This document shows positions 56,158-64,000 of a stretch of 64,000 nucleotides of DNA, piece by piece. Positions within the stretch are counted from its first letter, which is position 1. The number at the start of each line of letters is the position of its first letter. The notes under the pieces are model-generated. The model searched no databases. It saw only the letters and a list, made by a program, of their open reading frames with translations, and was not told the DNA's origin. Origin of the DNA: an uncultured Oscillospiraceae bacterium (lineage in GTDB: Bacteria > Bacillota > Clostridia > Saccharofermentanales > UBA5734); the NCBI GenBank assembly GCA_964652975.1, contig CAZZCN010000003.1:29976-93975 (forward strand), written 5' to 3'. A program made the position numbers and the translations under genes.

Positions 56158-57579
56158 TTATACTCTGTAAATCCCGTATTTTTTTATTGTCTCGTTGACA
56201 GTATTGCTTGTGTTTTCGTCGCAAAACAAAGCCAGGCGGCCGCAATATGTCTCGGCGATAGCGCTTGTAATTATGGCTGACCCGCTTTTGATTGCAATCG
56301 GAATGTGGTTCATCATTGTGACCATTTGGAAATTTTCCATGACTTTGTCAAGGTTGAACCCAGCTGAATTCTCGTACAGGGTAAAATCAATCACAACGCA
56401 GTCCGGTTCGTTATCACAGGCGTCTACAAACTCGTCCGGTAAGTCATCGGGATCAGTGCATTTCACAAATTCAAATTTTGTCTCAGGTGTTATTGATATG
56501 CTCTCTCTAGAAGATGCTATCATATTGTTGACAGTCTTTGCTGTTTCATAGGCGTTTGTGAATTCTTCAGCGTTCACTAATCTTTCGTCACTAGGCAATT
56601 CTTCGGCTTTTATAGTTTCTTCTGCTTGTAATAAATCATTTCTTGTATTTATATTTTTATTTTTTCCAGTCAATGCTGCCGCAATACCATCTGCACAGCT
56701 GGTCAGCTCACTTATATGTTCCGGTGTCGTTCCACAGCAGCCACCTAGAATTGTGACCCCTTCGCTATAAAAATCCTTTGCAAATTCACCAAATTCCTCA
56801 GGCTGCATAGGGAAAACAGTTACGCCGTCAATTATCTCAGGCATGCCGGCATTGGGCTTTGCAATGATTGGTAGGTTAGTCATTTTTGATATCCCGGCGA
56901 GCAGTTCTGTCATTTCTTCAGGACCTGTAGAGCAGTTTGCACCGAAGGCGTCAATGCCAAGAGACTCAAGTGTTATAAGGCACTCTAATGGACGGTTGCC
57001 CATGAGTGTCTTGCCTTTGTCAAACGTCAGTGTGACCATAATAGGCAGGTCACTGATCTCCCTTATGGCAATAACTGCAATTCTTGCCTCGGCGAGGTCC
57101 ATCATGGTTTCAATTACAAAAAGGTCGACTCCGCCATCCGCAAGACCTCTAGCCTGTTCCGTATATATACTTTTTAATTCTTTGACTTCCATGTCACCTG
57201 AAGGCTGCAGAAATCTTCCTGTCGGAGCCATATCACCTGCAACTAGAAATGTTTTATCCGGATTTTTGCTCCTGAATTCATCACGAACCGAGCAAGAGAT
57301 TTCAGCTAGAGACTTGTTGGTCTCGTAAACCTTATCTTCTCCAATGCCATAATGACTGAGTTTCGGAAGATTAGCACCAAAAGTAAAAGCATACACAATA
57401 TTGGATCCGGCCTCGTAGTATTCCCTTTGTATGTCTGCAAGCAGTATAGGGTTTTCCATGGCAAAAATATCCGGGCAGATACCTGAAGGCATGCCTCTTG
57501 ACTGCATCAGTGTTCCTGATGCTCCGTCCAGAATAACAATATTGTTTTTACAGAATTCTCTAAATTCTTTCCGTTCCAT
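56158..57579 (-). CDS. homocysteine S-methyltransferase family protein with unassigned ~160-aa C-terminal domain
   Basis: 473 aa with 'ILDGASGTLMQ', 'GANCSTGP' and 'GGCCGTTPEHI'. No pterin- or B12-binding domain gene is adjacent. Confidence 0.75.
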   Translation of the reverse strand: MERKEFREFCKNNIVILDGASGTLMQSRGMPSGICPDIFAMENPILLADIQREYYEAGSNIVYAFTFGANLPKLSHYGIGEDKVYETNKSLAEISCSVRDEFRSKNPDKTFLVAGDMAPTGRFLQPSGDMEVKELKSIYTEQARGLADGGVDLFVIETMMDLAEARIAVIAIREISDLPIMVTLTFDKGKTLMGNRPLECLITLESLGIDAFGANCSTGPEEMTELLAGISKMTNLPIIAKPNAGMPEIIDGVTVFPMQPEEFGEFAKDFYSEGVTILGGCCGTTPEHISELTSCADGIAAALTGKNKNINTRNDLLQAEETIKAEELPSDERLVNAEEFTNAYETAKTVNNMIASSRESISITPETKFEFVKCTDPDDLPDEFVDACDNEPDCVVIDFTLYENSAGFNLDKVMENFQMVTMMNHIPIAIKSGSAIITSAIAETYCGRLALFCDENTSNTVNETIKKYGIYRV

Positions 57580-57928
57580 TTCAAAATCTCCCCCTTATAA
57601 ATACCAAAGAGGTATTGTTACGTTTTCCTTATACAATGCAACCGATAGTCATATATGCAAACTATACCGCCAAATTAGATTATACCGACTAATCTAGCAT
57701 TGAATAATAGATTAGTCGGATTTTTATAAAATGTCAACTTTTTATCTCTGTATCAGATTTCCCTCATTCTTTTGATTGTTATGAAAATAGTATAAAAGGT
57801 CCATTATATATAAAATTACTAATAATTTTTATATTTGCAATTTATCTTGATTCTGACGACATAAAGTCATATAATTTGACATAGATTAATTTATCAATTC
57901 CATAAAAATTTATCAAGGAGGATTTCTT

Positions 57929-58426
57929 ATGTCAACTCAATATTGTCAATCCTGTGGAAGCGCCTTGGACGCCGGTTCAACATTTTGCAGCAATTGCGGC
58001 AAATCAGCCATGGTAACTCCTGAACAGCCTTCACAACCCGCTCAGAATTCTTCACAGAGCTACTCCGCCCCATCATCAACTTACACTGCACCACAACCTC
58101 AGCCACAGCCGACTTACCAGACAGTTCCTCCCAATTATCAGACTGGTTATCAGGCAAGCACTCAGCAATCCCTTGCAATTGACAAGCCACTCTCGATTAT
58201 GGATTACATTGTAATGTTCATTGTCATGTCGCTTCCACTGGTAGGTTTTATAATGACGCTGGTATGGGCTTTTGGTTCTGATACTAATACAAATAAGAAA
58301 AATTACTGCAGAGCCTATTTGATATTGGCACTGATTGGTATCGGACTGGTTATTCTGATGACGATTTTTTTCGGTGCACTTCTTATTCCGTTTTTCACGG
58401 AGTTGGCTTCATCAGGGGATTTATAA
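57929..58426 (+). CDS. zinc-ribbon membrane protein, function unknown
   Basis: 165 aa. It has 'YCQSCGSALDAGSTFCSNCG', a P/Q-rich linker and two TM helices. The RBS is AAGGAGGA. Confidence 0.6.
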   Translation: MSTQYCQSCGSALDAGSTFCSNCGKSAMVTPEQPSQPAQNSSQSYSAPSSTYTAPQPQPQPTYQTVPPNYQTGYQASTQQSLAIDKPLSIMDYIVMFIVMSLPLVGFIMTLVWAFGSDTNTNKKNYCRAYLILALIGIGLVILMTIFFGALLIPFFTELASSGDL

Positions 58427-58454
58427 ACGTATTAATACTTAGTTTGGAGGCATA

Positions 58455-59849
58455 ATGGCAAAGGCAAAGACAGCATTTTTCTGTTCACAGTGCGGCCAGG
58501 AGACAAGTGGCTGGATGGGCAAGTGCCCGGGTTGCGACGCCTGGAATACGATAGTTGAAGAGAAGGTGGTTGTGACGCAGCCCAAGGCTCAGTCTGTGGC
58601 ACGGGGATGGCTTGATTCGAGTGCTTCACTACAAAATCCGGAGGCTGTTATTTCACTATCGGAAGTGGATACCGCCAGTGAGCAAAGGTACACCACCAAC
58701 ATCGGAGAACTCGACCGTGTTCTTGGCGGCGGATTTGTTAAGGGTTCACTTGTCCTTGTTGGTGGCGACCCCGGAATAGGCAAATCAACTCTTTTGATGC
58801 AGGTTTGTGGCAAAAGCAGTTTTCAAGGCGACGTCCTGTATGTCACCGGTGAAGAATCCCCTCAACAGATAAGGCTCAGATCCGACAGACTTGGGATAGC
58901 TTCTGACAAGATAAAGATTTTCCCGCAGACCTCTTTTACCTTGCTAGCTGACGCTATTGCAAAGATTAGACCCAAAGTCGCTATTATCGATTCCATACAG
59001 ACCATGTATTCCGATGACTTATCAGCTGCCCCCGGGAGCGTTTCACAGGTACGAGAGGTTACTTTCGGCCTGCTTAGGATAGCCAAGAGCCTTGGTACAA
59101 CTATTGTTCTTGTAGGACATGTTACTAAGGACGGGGCTATTGCAGGTCCAAGGGTTTTGGAACACATGGTTGATACAGTGCTGTATTTTGAGGGCGAGAA
59201 GCAAAACACCTACAGAATTTTACGTGCTGTTAAGAACAGGTTCGGCGCAACAGACGAGATTGGTATTTTTGAAATGACCGACCATGGCCTGATGGATGTC
59301 AAAAACGCTTCAGCAGCTATGCTTGAGGGACGGCCGATAGGTGTCCCCGGTACCGTTGTAACGGCTTGCATGGAGGGAACCAGACCGATTCTTATAGAAA
59401 TTCAAGCTCTGCTAAACGGTTCGGCATATGCTACAGCACAGAGGATGACGCAGGGGCTTGACCGCGGCAGGGTAAGCATGCTTTTAGCGGTTCTCGAGAA
59501 GCAGCTGTCAATCGGATTGTATAACATGGATGCATTTATAAATGTCATAGGTGGTATCAAGTCAGATGAGACCGCTGTAGATCTTGCCATTTTGGCCGCA
59601 GTCATATCATGTGTAAGAAGCAAGCCGGTAAGGCAGGGTGTTATCATATTCGGAGAAGTAGGTCTTACAGGGGAGATACGTCCTGTTACGGCAATCGAAA
59701 GGCGTCTTACAGAGGCTAAGCGCATGGGGTTCGACTCTTGTATTTTGCCCGGCGGATCCAAGAAGACTGTCGACAAGATTTTCAAAAGCGAAACCCTGGA
59801 TTTACTTTATGTGGATAATCTGGGCGAAATGATTGATGTGCTCTTTTAG
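58455..59849 (+). CDS. radA: DNA repair protein RadA/Sms
   Basis: 464 aa. It has the Zn ribbon 'CSQCGQETSGWMGKCPGCDAWN', Walker A 'GDPGIGKST', 'KNRFG' and a Lon-like C-terminus. Confidence 0.95.
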   Translation: MAKAKTAFFCSQCGQETSGWMGKCPGCDAWNTIVEEKVVVTQPKAQSVARGWLDSSASLQNPEAVISLSEVDTASEQRYTTNIGELDRVLGGGFVKGSLVLVGGDPGIGKSTLLMQVCGKSSFQGDVLYVTGEESPQQIRLRSDRLGIASDKIKIFPQTSFTLLADAIAKIRPKVAIIDSIQTMYSDDLSAAPGSVSQVREVTFGLLRIAKSLGTTIVLVGHVTKDGAIAGPRVLEHMVDTVLYFEGEKQNTYRILRAVKNRFGATDEIGIFEMTDHGLMDVKNASAAMLEGRPIGVPGTVVTACMEGTRPILIEIQALLNGSAYATAQRMTQGLDRGRVSMLLAVLEKQLSIGLYNMDAFINVIGGIKSDETAVDLAILAAVISCVRSKPVRQGVIIFGEVGLTGEIRPVTAIERRLTEAKRMGFDSCILPGGSKKTVDKIFKSETLDLLYVDNLGEMIDVLF

Positions 59850-59868
59850 AAGGCAGGTGTAAAAGCAA

Positions 59869-60723
59869 ATGGTATGCGCAATTGTCCCTGCAGCAGGGCA
59901 GAGTTCGAGAATGAAGTCATCCATTAACAAACAGTTTATTGAGTTGCGTGGAGTTCCTGTTATCATAAGGACTCTTCTTGCATTTGAGCAATCACCTCTG
60001 ATAGACAGTATCGTAGTGGTAACAAGAGATTCAGAGCGCGAAGAGCTGAGTCTTCTTTGTACCAAATATAATATTAAAAAGCTCATTGGAATAGCTTACG
60101 GCGGCGACACCCGACAGGATTCTGTCAGAAATGCACTGGAGTTTCTTGCGAATATTCAGAGCAGAAGGAGGCATTTTTTCACTGAGGCTGTAAATGAAAT
60201 GCATGGCAGCGAGGCACAGAATAATTTAAATATTGCCGGTTCCAAAGGAACTTTTGAGAGTAAAAATAACAGATTGAATTTATCAAAACCAAATGATATT
60301 CCATCAACCCCATTTAACCCTGAAAACTGTTATGTTCTAATCCACGACGGAGCAAGGCCTTTTGTTTCCGAAGATATAATCAAACGCTGTGTCGATACGG
60401 TTCTCAAACACAAAGCATGCGGAGTCGGAGTTCCAGTAAAGGATACAATCAAAAAGGTCTCTTCAGATTTGAAAATTTTAGAAACATTGCCTCGTGAAAA
60501 CCTTTGGGCTATCCAGACCCCTCAAGCCTTTCATTTTCCCCTTATATCGAAACTGCACGAAATGGCGTACGATGAAAGGCTGCAATTCACTGATGATACA
60601 TCATTGGCAGAACATTATGGCAAAGACGCTTTCATGATTGAAGGCGATTACCGAAATATCAAGATTACAACCCCCGATGATTTGCTGTTAGGAGAAATGA
60701 TATTAAACAAAGGTAAAACTTAA
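59869..60723 (+). CDS. ispD: 2-C-methyl-D-erythritol 4-phosphate cytidylyltransferase with a ~60-aa internal insertion
   Basis: 'IVPAAGQSSRM', 'LIHDGARPFV' and 'IQTPQAF' are present. An extra segment (aa ~94-154) lies between 'VRNALEFL' and 'YVLIHDGARP'. Confidence 0.88.
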   Translation: MVCAIVPAAGQSSRMKSSINKQFIELRGVPVIIRTLLAFEQSPLIDSIVVVTRDSEREELSLLCTKYNIKKLIGIAYGGDTRQDSVRNALEFLANIQSRRRHFFTEAVNEMHGSEAQNNLNIAGSKGTFESKNNRLNLSKPNDIPSTPFNPENCYVLIHDGARPFVSEDIIKRCVDTVLKHKACGVGVPVKDTIKKVSSDLKILETLPRENLWAIQTPQAFHFPLISKLHEMAYDERLQFTDDTSLAEHYGKDAFMIEGDYRNIKITTPDDLLLGEMILNKGKT

Positions 60724-60813
60724 ATTTTACCTCTATGAAAAATCTGCTTACAAAGTTATTGTACGAAAATTTTAGGATGCAGGAAAATTTTCGTTAGGCC
60801 AGGAGGAGCAAAA

Positions 60814-60897
60814 TTCAAATGAGAGGCGCAAAGAACTAAAACTTCGTTTTAGTTCTCTTGAAAATCTGCCGTTAGCAGATTTTCTTCTGCAATTCTT
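60814..60897 (+). repeat. dispersed hairpin-cluster repeat family 2, copy 2
   Basis: TTCAAATGAGAGGCGCAA, then hairpin GAACTAAAAC/GTTTTAGTTC, then hairpin GAAAATCTGC/GCAGATTTTC, then TTCTGCAATT. Further hairpins GGAGAATCTTA/TAAGATTCTCC and GCGATAAAAC/GTTTTATCGC lie downstream. Confidence 0.8.
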
Positions 60898-60991
60898 AAC
60901 ATGAAAAATTGCAAGGAGAATCTTATTTAATAAGATTCTCCAAGAGCGATAAAACTAGTTTTATCGCTTTACGACGCGGCATAACGGGAAT

Positions 60992-61729
60992 TTAACGCAT
61001 CCGACCCGTTAATTTTCTGATGGTTCTCGGTATGGCATCCTTCGAATTACCCCACGGCTTGTCCTCGTTCATATAGTCGAATTTCTGTGTAAACCATAAA
61101 AGCTCGGCCTGAAGAGTTTTCATAGATGAATTTTCGAGAGTTGAAAGCTTTTCGATAAATTCCGATGCTTCATTTTGTGACAGATATTTAGCAGCCCCTC
61201 TTAAAAGCAATGCCAGATGAGGAAGGCAAAATCCGTTGCTGTTGTCGAATTTTTCACGGAAGGCCTTATCTTCGAAATACTGCCATAAAATTACATCGAT
61301 ATATCTGTCCATTGTATATTCAAGTCTGTCGCAAAGTACGCACCTGTCAGCCTGTGCTTCGATTTTCTCCGCAATGTCTGTGAGAGTGCTCTTATAATCA
61401 CTCTTCAGCGAAAGAAACCCACCCTTGTTCTTGGAAACACGGGCTTTCTTAAGATTTTTCTCCGTAGTTTCGCACATCTCTACAAGGTGTGTGTGAAGCA
61501 TCAATCCAAGTGCAAGTCTGTTCTCCTGCCTGTTGTACATAGCGGCTAGATGTTCACGGCAAAAGCCCTTTGTGTTGGTTGAAATCCTTACATCAGGCTC
61601 CATCATCGACGGGCCCATGAAATATGCCAGCAAGTCATTGGTTGTCTTGTTCTCCATCTCGCAAACAGGGCATTCACAAGGTGTGTTGAATGCATCATTT
61701 ACTGGAATGGTATAAATTCTTTCTTTCAT
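60992..61729 (-). CDS. Cys-rich hypothetical protein with internal duplication (possibly DUF6062-type)
   Basis: 245 aa. 'CECPVCEME...GFCREHLAAM' is repeated as 'CVLCDRLE...GFCLPHLALL'. Confidence 0.5.
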   Translation of the reverse strand: MKERIYTIPVNDAFNTPCECPVCEMENKTTNDLLAYFMGPSMMEPDVRISTNTKGFCREHLAAMYNRQENRLALGLMLHTHLVEMCETTEKNLKKARVSKNKGGFLSLKSDYKSTLTDIAEKIEAQADRCVLCDRLEYTMDRYIDVILWQYFEDKAFREKFDNSNGFCLPHLALLLRGAAKYLSQNEASEFIEKLSTLENSSMKTLQAELLWFTQKFDYMNEDKPWGNSKDAIPRTIRKLTGRMR

Positions 61730-62001
61730 CGGTTCCTCCGGTCTTTTCGTCTTTTATTTTATAAAAAAGCAATATTGGCATAATTTTACTTAAATCATTG
61801 GTATAAGTGCACCCATGTGATTTGCTTGTAAATTGGTATAGTAGAATTTTAGAGCCTCGCCATTACAATTGGTAATATACCTCTCAAAGTGTTCAGAGTA
61901 AGTCATTATTATTTATTTTTATGAGACATATACTATGGAAAAATCTATTATTAGTGCTAAAATGGATTATACCATTAATGAAAAAGAAAGTGTAGATTGA
62001 T

Positions 62002-63054
62002 ATGAACATAAAGGGTTTCAATGTTTTAGAAGAAAAAGATAAAATCACCGGTCAAAACAAGATAACAGTGCTTGATGTAAGCGACTTGTCTCCGTTGGGG
62101 TTTGACATAAAAGGTACATTTGAAAGCGGTCAGTGCTTCCGTTGGAAATCTTGCGGTGACGGCTCATATAACGGAATAGTCAGAGGCAGGGCTGTTAATG
62201 TATCACTTCAGAACGACCGACATCTTGTCATTAATAATTCCACATCCTCGGATTTCGAGAACATCTGGTACAATTACTTTGATCTGTCTACCGATTACGC
62301 ACCCATTATCAAAGCAGTTGACAAGGATGAGTTCATGCACACTTGTGTGAATCACTCTGCAGGTGCGAGGATGCTTGTCCAGGATTTTGAGGAGACGCTG
62401 TTTTCCTATATCTTGTCCGCTCAGAACAACATTCCGCGGATAAAAGGACTTGTAGAAAATCTTTGTCGTTTATATGGTGATGTAATTTATGAAGGTAATT
62501 GTGAATATTCTGGTAATTCAAGCAATTCAATGTCATCAGTTTCTACAAATTCTGATAGCATAGCTGTTTCAAACGAGATGTCTGGTGAATCTTATAGCAG
62601 ATCTAAAATTCTCGGTTACTCCTTCCCGTCTGCAGAGAAGCTGTCAAAGGATTTCTGTAAAATCGATTGTAGAGTTTGCAGTTCAGCCAATCTCTGCGAA
62701 AGTCCTTTTGCAGGATATAGATGCCCATATATTAAGAGAACAGCTAAAATGATAGCTAATCACGAAATTGTTTTAAATTTTGAATCCCTTTCCGCTATGG
62801 ATTCCGAGGCAGCAAGAAAGGAACTTTGCAGATTCAGCGGTGTAGGAGAAAAGGTGGCGGATTGTGTGCTTCTTTACAGCGGTATCCGCAAGGACCTCTG
62901 CCCGATTGACACATGGGTCGAGAAGACCATTAAAGAAAGATATTTAGACGAAAATGCGACGAAAAAGGACATTCGCAAATTCACCGAGTCATATTTCGGG
63001 AATTATGCTGGATATGCCCAGTTGTGGTTTTTTTACTTTGCCAGGAACAACTAA
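62002..63054 (+). CDS. ogg: 8-oxoguanine DNA glycosylase / HhH-GPD family, with Ser/Asn-rich insertion
   Basis: 350 aa with 'SGQCFRW', the HhH-GPD motif 'FSGVGEKVADCVLLYS' and 'CPIDTWV'. The low-complexity insert is at aa ~163-203. Confidence 0.75.
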   Translation: MNIKGFNVLEEKDKITGQNKITVLDVSDLSPLGFDIKGTFESGQCFRWKSCGDGSYNGIVRGRAVNVSLQNDRHLVINNSTSSDFENIWYNYFDLSTDYAPIIKAVDKDEFMHTCVNHSAGARMLVQDFEETLFSYILSAQNNIPRIKGLVENLCRLYGDVIYEGNCEYSGNSSNSMSSVSTNSDSIAVSNEMSGESYSRSKILGYSFPSAEKLSKDFCKIDCRVCSSANLCESPFAGYRCPYIKRTAKMIANHEIVLNFESLSAMDSEAARKELCRFSGVGEKVADCVLLYSGIRKDLCPIDTWVEKTIKERYLDENATKKDIRKFTESYFGNYAGYAQLWFFYFARNN

Positions 63055-63151
63055 ATAACAAAATTGTTCACCAATTTTGTAAGTATTTGATCTGCTAGTA
63101 TAATTGGAAAATTTTTTTTATTAAGAGAAATTGTGTTTACACTTGCAGTTA

Positions 63152-64000
63152 TCAGGTTTTGCTTTGTGCCACTGTTGTATTACGAATCAGACGTTTGGCT
63201 TTAACATTGGTAAGCATGATGTTGATTGAAGTAATATCCTCGATTCCGCTGCTCACTTCATTTTGTGCCGCTTGGAGTACATCCTGTGCATTATAACCGT
63301 AATACAACGACAATTCCATATATAGCACGTTGCCATAACTTTGTTTTTCTATTTGAAATTTAAGAAGCTCAGCCACACCAGGGACTTTTCTTTTAAGTAT
63401 AATCCTTACTATGTCAGCCATGGCTTCATCGGATATGGAGTACGATCCCAGTGTTGAAAATGTCGGTCGAACAACAGTTCTTTCAAAATCCGATGCCATA
63501 AGACCGCTATTCTGATTTTTGTCACGCCTTCGGAGAAGTCTGTTCAAAGGGTCGGAGAAATATCCAGAAAATTCATGCTTTATCTCCATGCTTGGAACAG
63601 GAATTGTGTGTTGGCCTTGAGTAGAACGAAAAAACACCGCCGTCCTTCTCTCCTCTTCGGTGGTCACATCTTCTATCCTAACTACTTGAGCAGGTCTGTT
63701 AAGCCATAGATTATCGCATATCTTCTCGAGCATGCCATCTGAAGTGCCTAGTATCATTAGCTTGTCCGGTAGGTGTTCACCTAGTGCTCTTCGCATACCC
63801 TCAGCTCTGTTTTCGTCTACATATAGAGCCTGTCTTACTGATTCCAGCTTGGATTTGGCACGCTTTGCAGAAAGACCTGCTACAACTCTTCCGCCATTTA
63901 TTAAAAGACCATCATCTATTATATATGAGATATCCATATCCTTTGCGATTCGTATTGCTCTTGTACTTTTCCCCGTGCCGCTGGAGCCTATGAAAGCAAT
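63152..64000 (-). CDS. P-loop NTPase fused to an Asp23/Gls24-like C-terminal domain (5' end outside the window)
   Basis: The reading frame stays open upstream of the track's ATG (63937) to the window edge and encodes 'IAFIGSSGTGKSTRAIRIAKD'. The C-terminal 'GSYSISDEAMADIVRIIL..PGVAEL' is Asp23-like. Confidence 0.55.
   Translation of the reverse strand: MAFIGSSGTGKSTRAIRIAKDMDISYIIDDGLLINGGRVVAGLSAKRAKSKLESVRQALYVDENRAEGMRRALGEHLPDKLMILGTSDGMLEKICDNLWLNRPAQVVRIEDVTTEEERRTAVFFRSTQGQHTIPVPSMEIKHEFSGYFSDPLNRLLRRRDKNQNSGLMASDFERTVVRPTFSTLGSYSISDEAMADIVRIILKRKVPGVAELLKFQIEKQSYGNVLYMELSLYYGYNAQDVLQAAQNEVSSGIEDITSINIMLTNVKAKRLIRNTTVAQSKT

Noticed and set aside
55958-56245. 95-aa minus-strand ORF
   Set aside because: It overlaps the 3' end of the homocysteine methyltransferase gene and the AT-rich promoter region of the IMPDH-like gene. 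There is no RBS and the composition is low-complexity and basic.

Overview
The window looks like a chromosomal segment of a Clostridia-like Firmicute. Supporting signs are Gram-positive lipoboxes, GGAGG-type RBSs, a dockerin-like module, and the radA-ispD and greA-lysS neighbourhoods. Composition is a visible mosaic.
(1) 1-23059 is a strongly AT-rich, roughly 23-kb glycan-utilisation locus. One minus-strand operon-like block (136..21765) encodes four apparently cytoplasmic glycosidases (GH20, GH36, a GH63/GH37-like enzyme and an unassigned GH). It also encodes a CUT1-type ABC importer without an ATPase gene, a GH123-like (DUF4091) lipoprotein, a two-module lipoprotein, and two giant surface proteins of 987 and 1241 aa. 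The giant proteins are built from at least 12 tandem copies of one ~140-aa CBM-like module. A divergent AraC regulator closes the block.
(2) About 490 bp of ORF-free, locally GC-rich spacer follows, then a four-gene tRNA operon (Met-Glu-Gly-Cys, minus strand).
(3) Higher-GC core genes fill the rest: cobO-like, a beta-CASP RNase, a G1P-dehydrogenase-like gene, trxB-like, a family-4 UDG, acpS, proB, gltBD, lysS, greA, an IMPDH-like gene, a homocysteine methyltransferase, radA, ispD and ogg. Two AraC + URO-D-like pairs are interspersed.
(4) An AT-rich ~4-kb accessory islet lies between proB and gltD. It holds an N-terminally truncated Rhs protein with a DUF4474-like C-terminal tip, a cognate-looking DUF5104-like lipoprotein, an 89-bp remnant of a second Rhs core, a YbgA/DUF1722-like gene, and an AbiEi-like antitoxin followed by only the first ~9 codons of its toxin.
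Several dispersed intergenic repeat families, a GT-skewed tandem repeat, and a 3x33-bp repeat plus trinucleotide microsatellite are also present. No CRISPR array, rRNA, transposase, integrase or prophage genes were recognised.
The best candidates for something undescribed are the amplified module family in the four consecutive surface proteins, and the Rhs-DUF4474/lipoprotein pair. All family assignments are from motif recognition by eye, not from searches.
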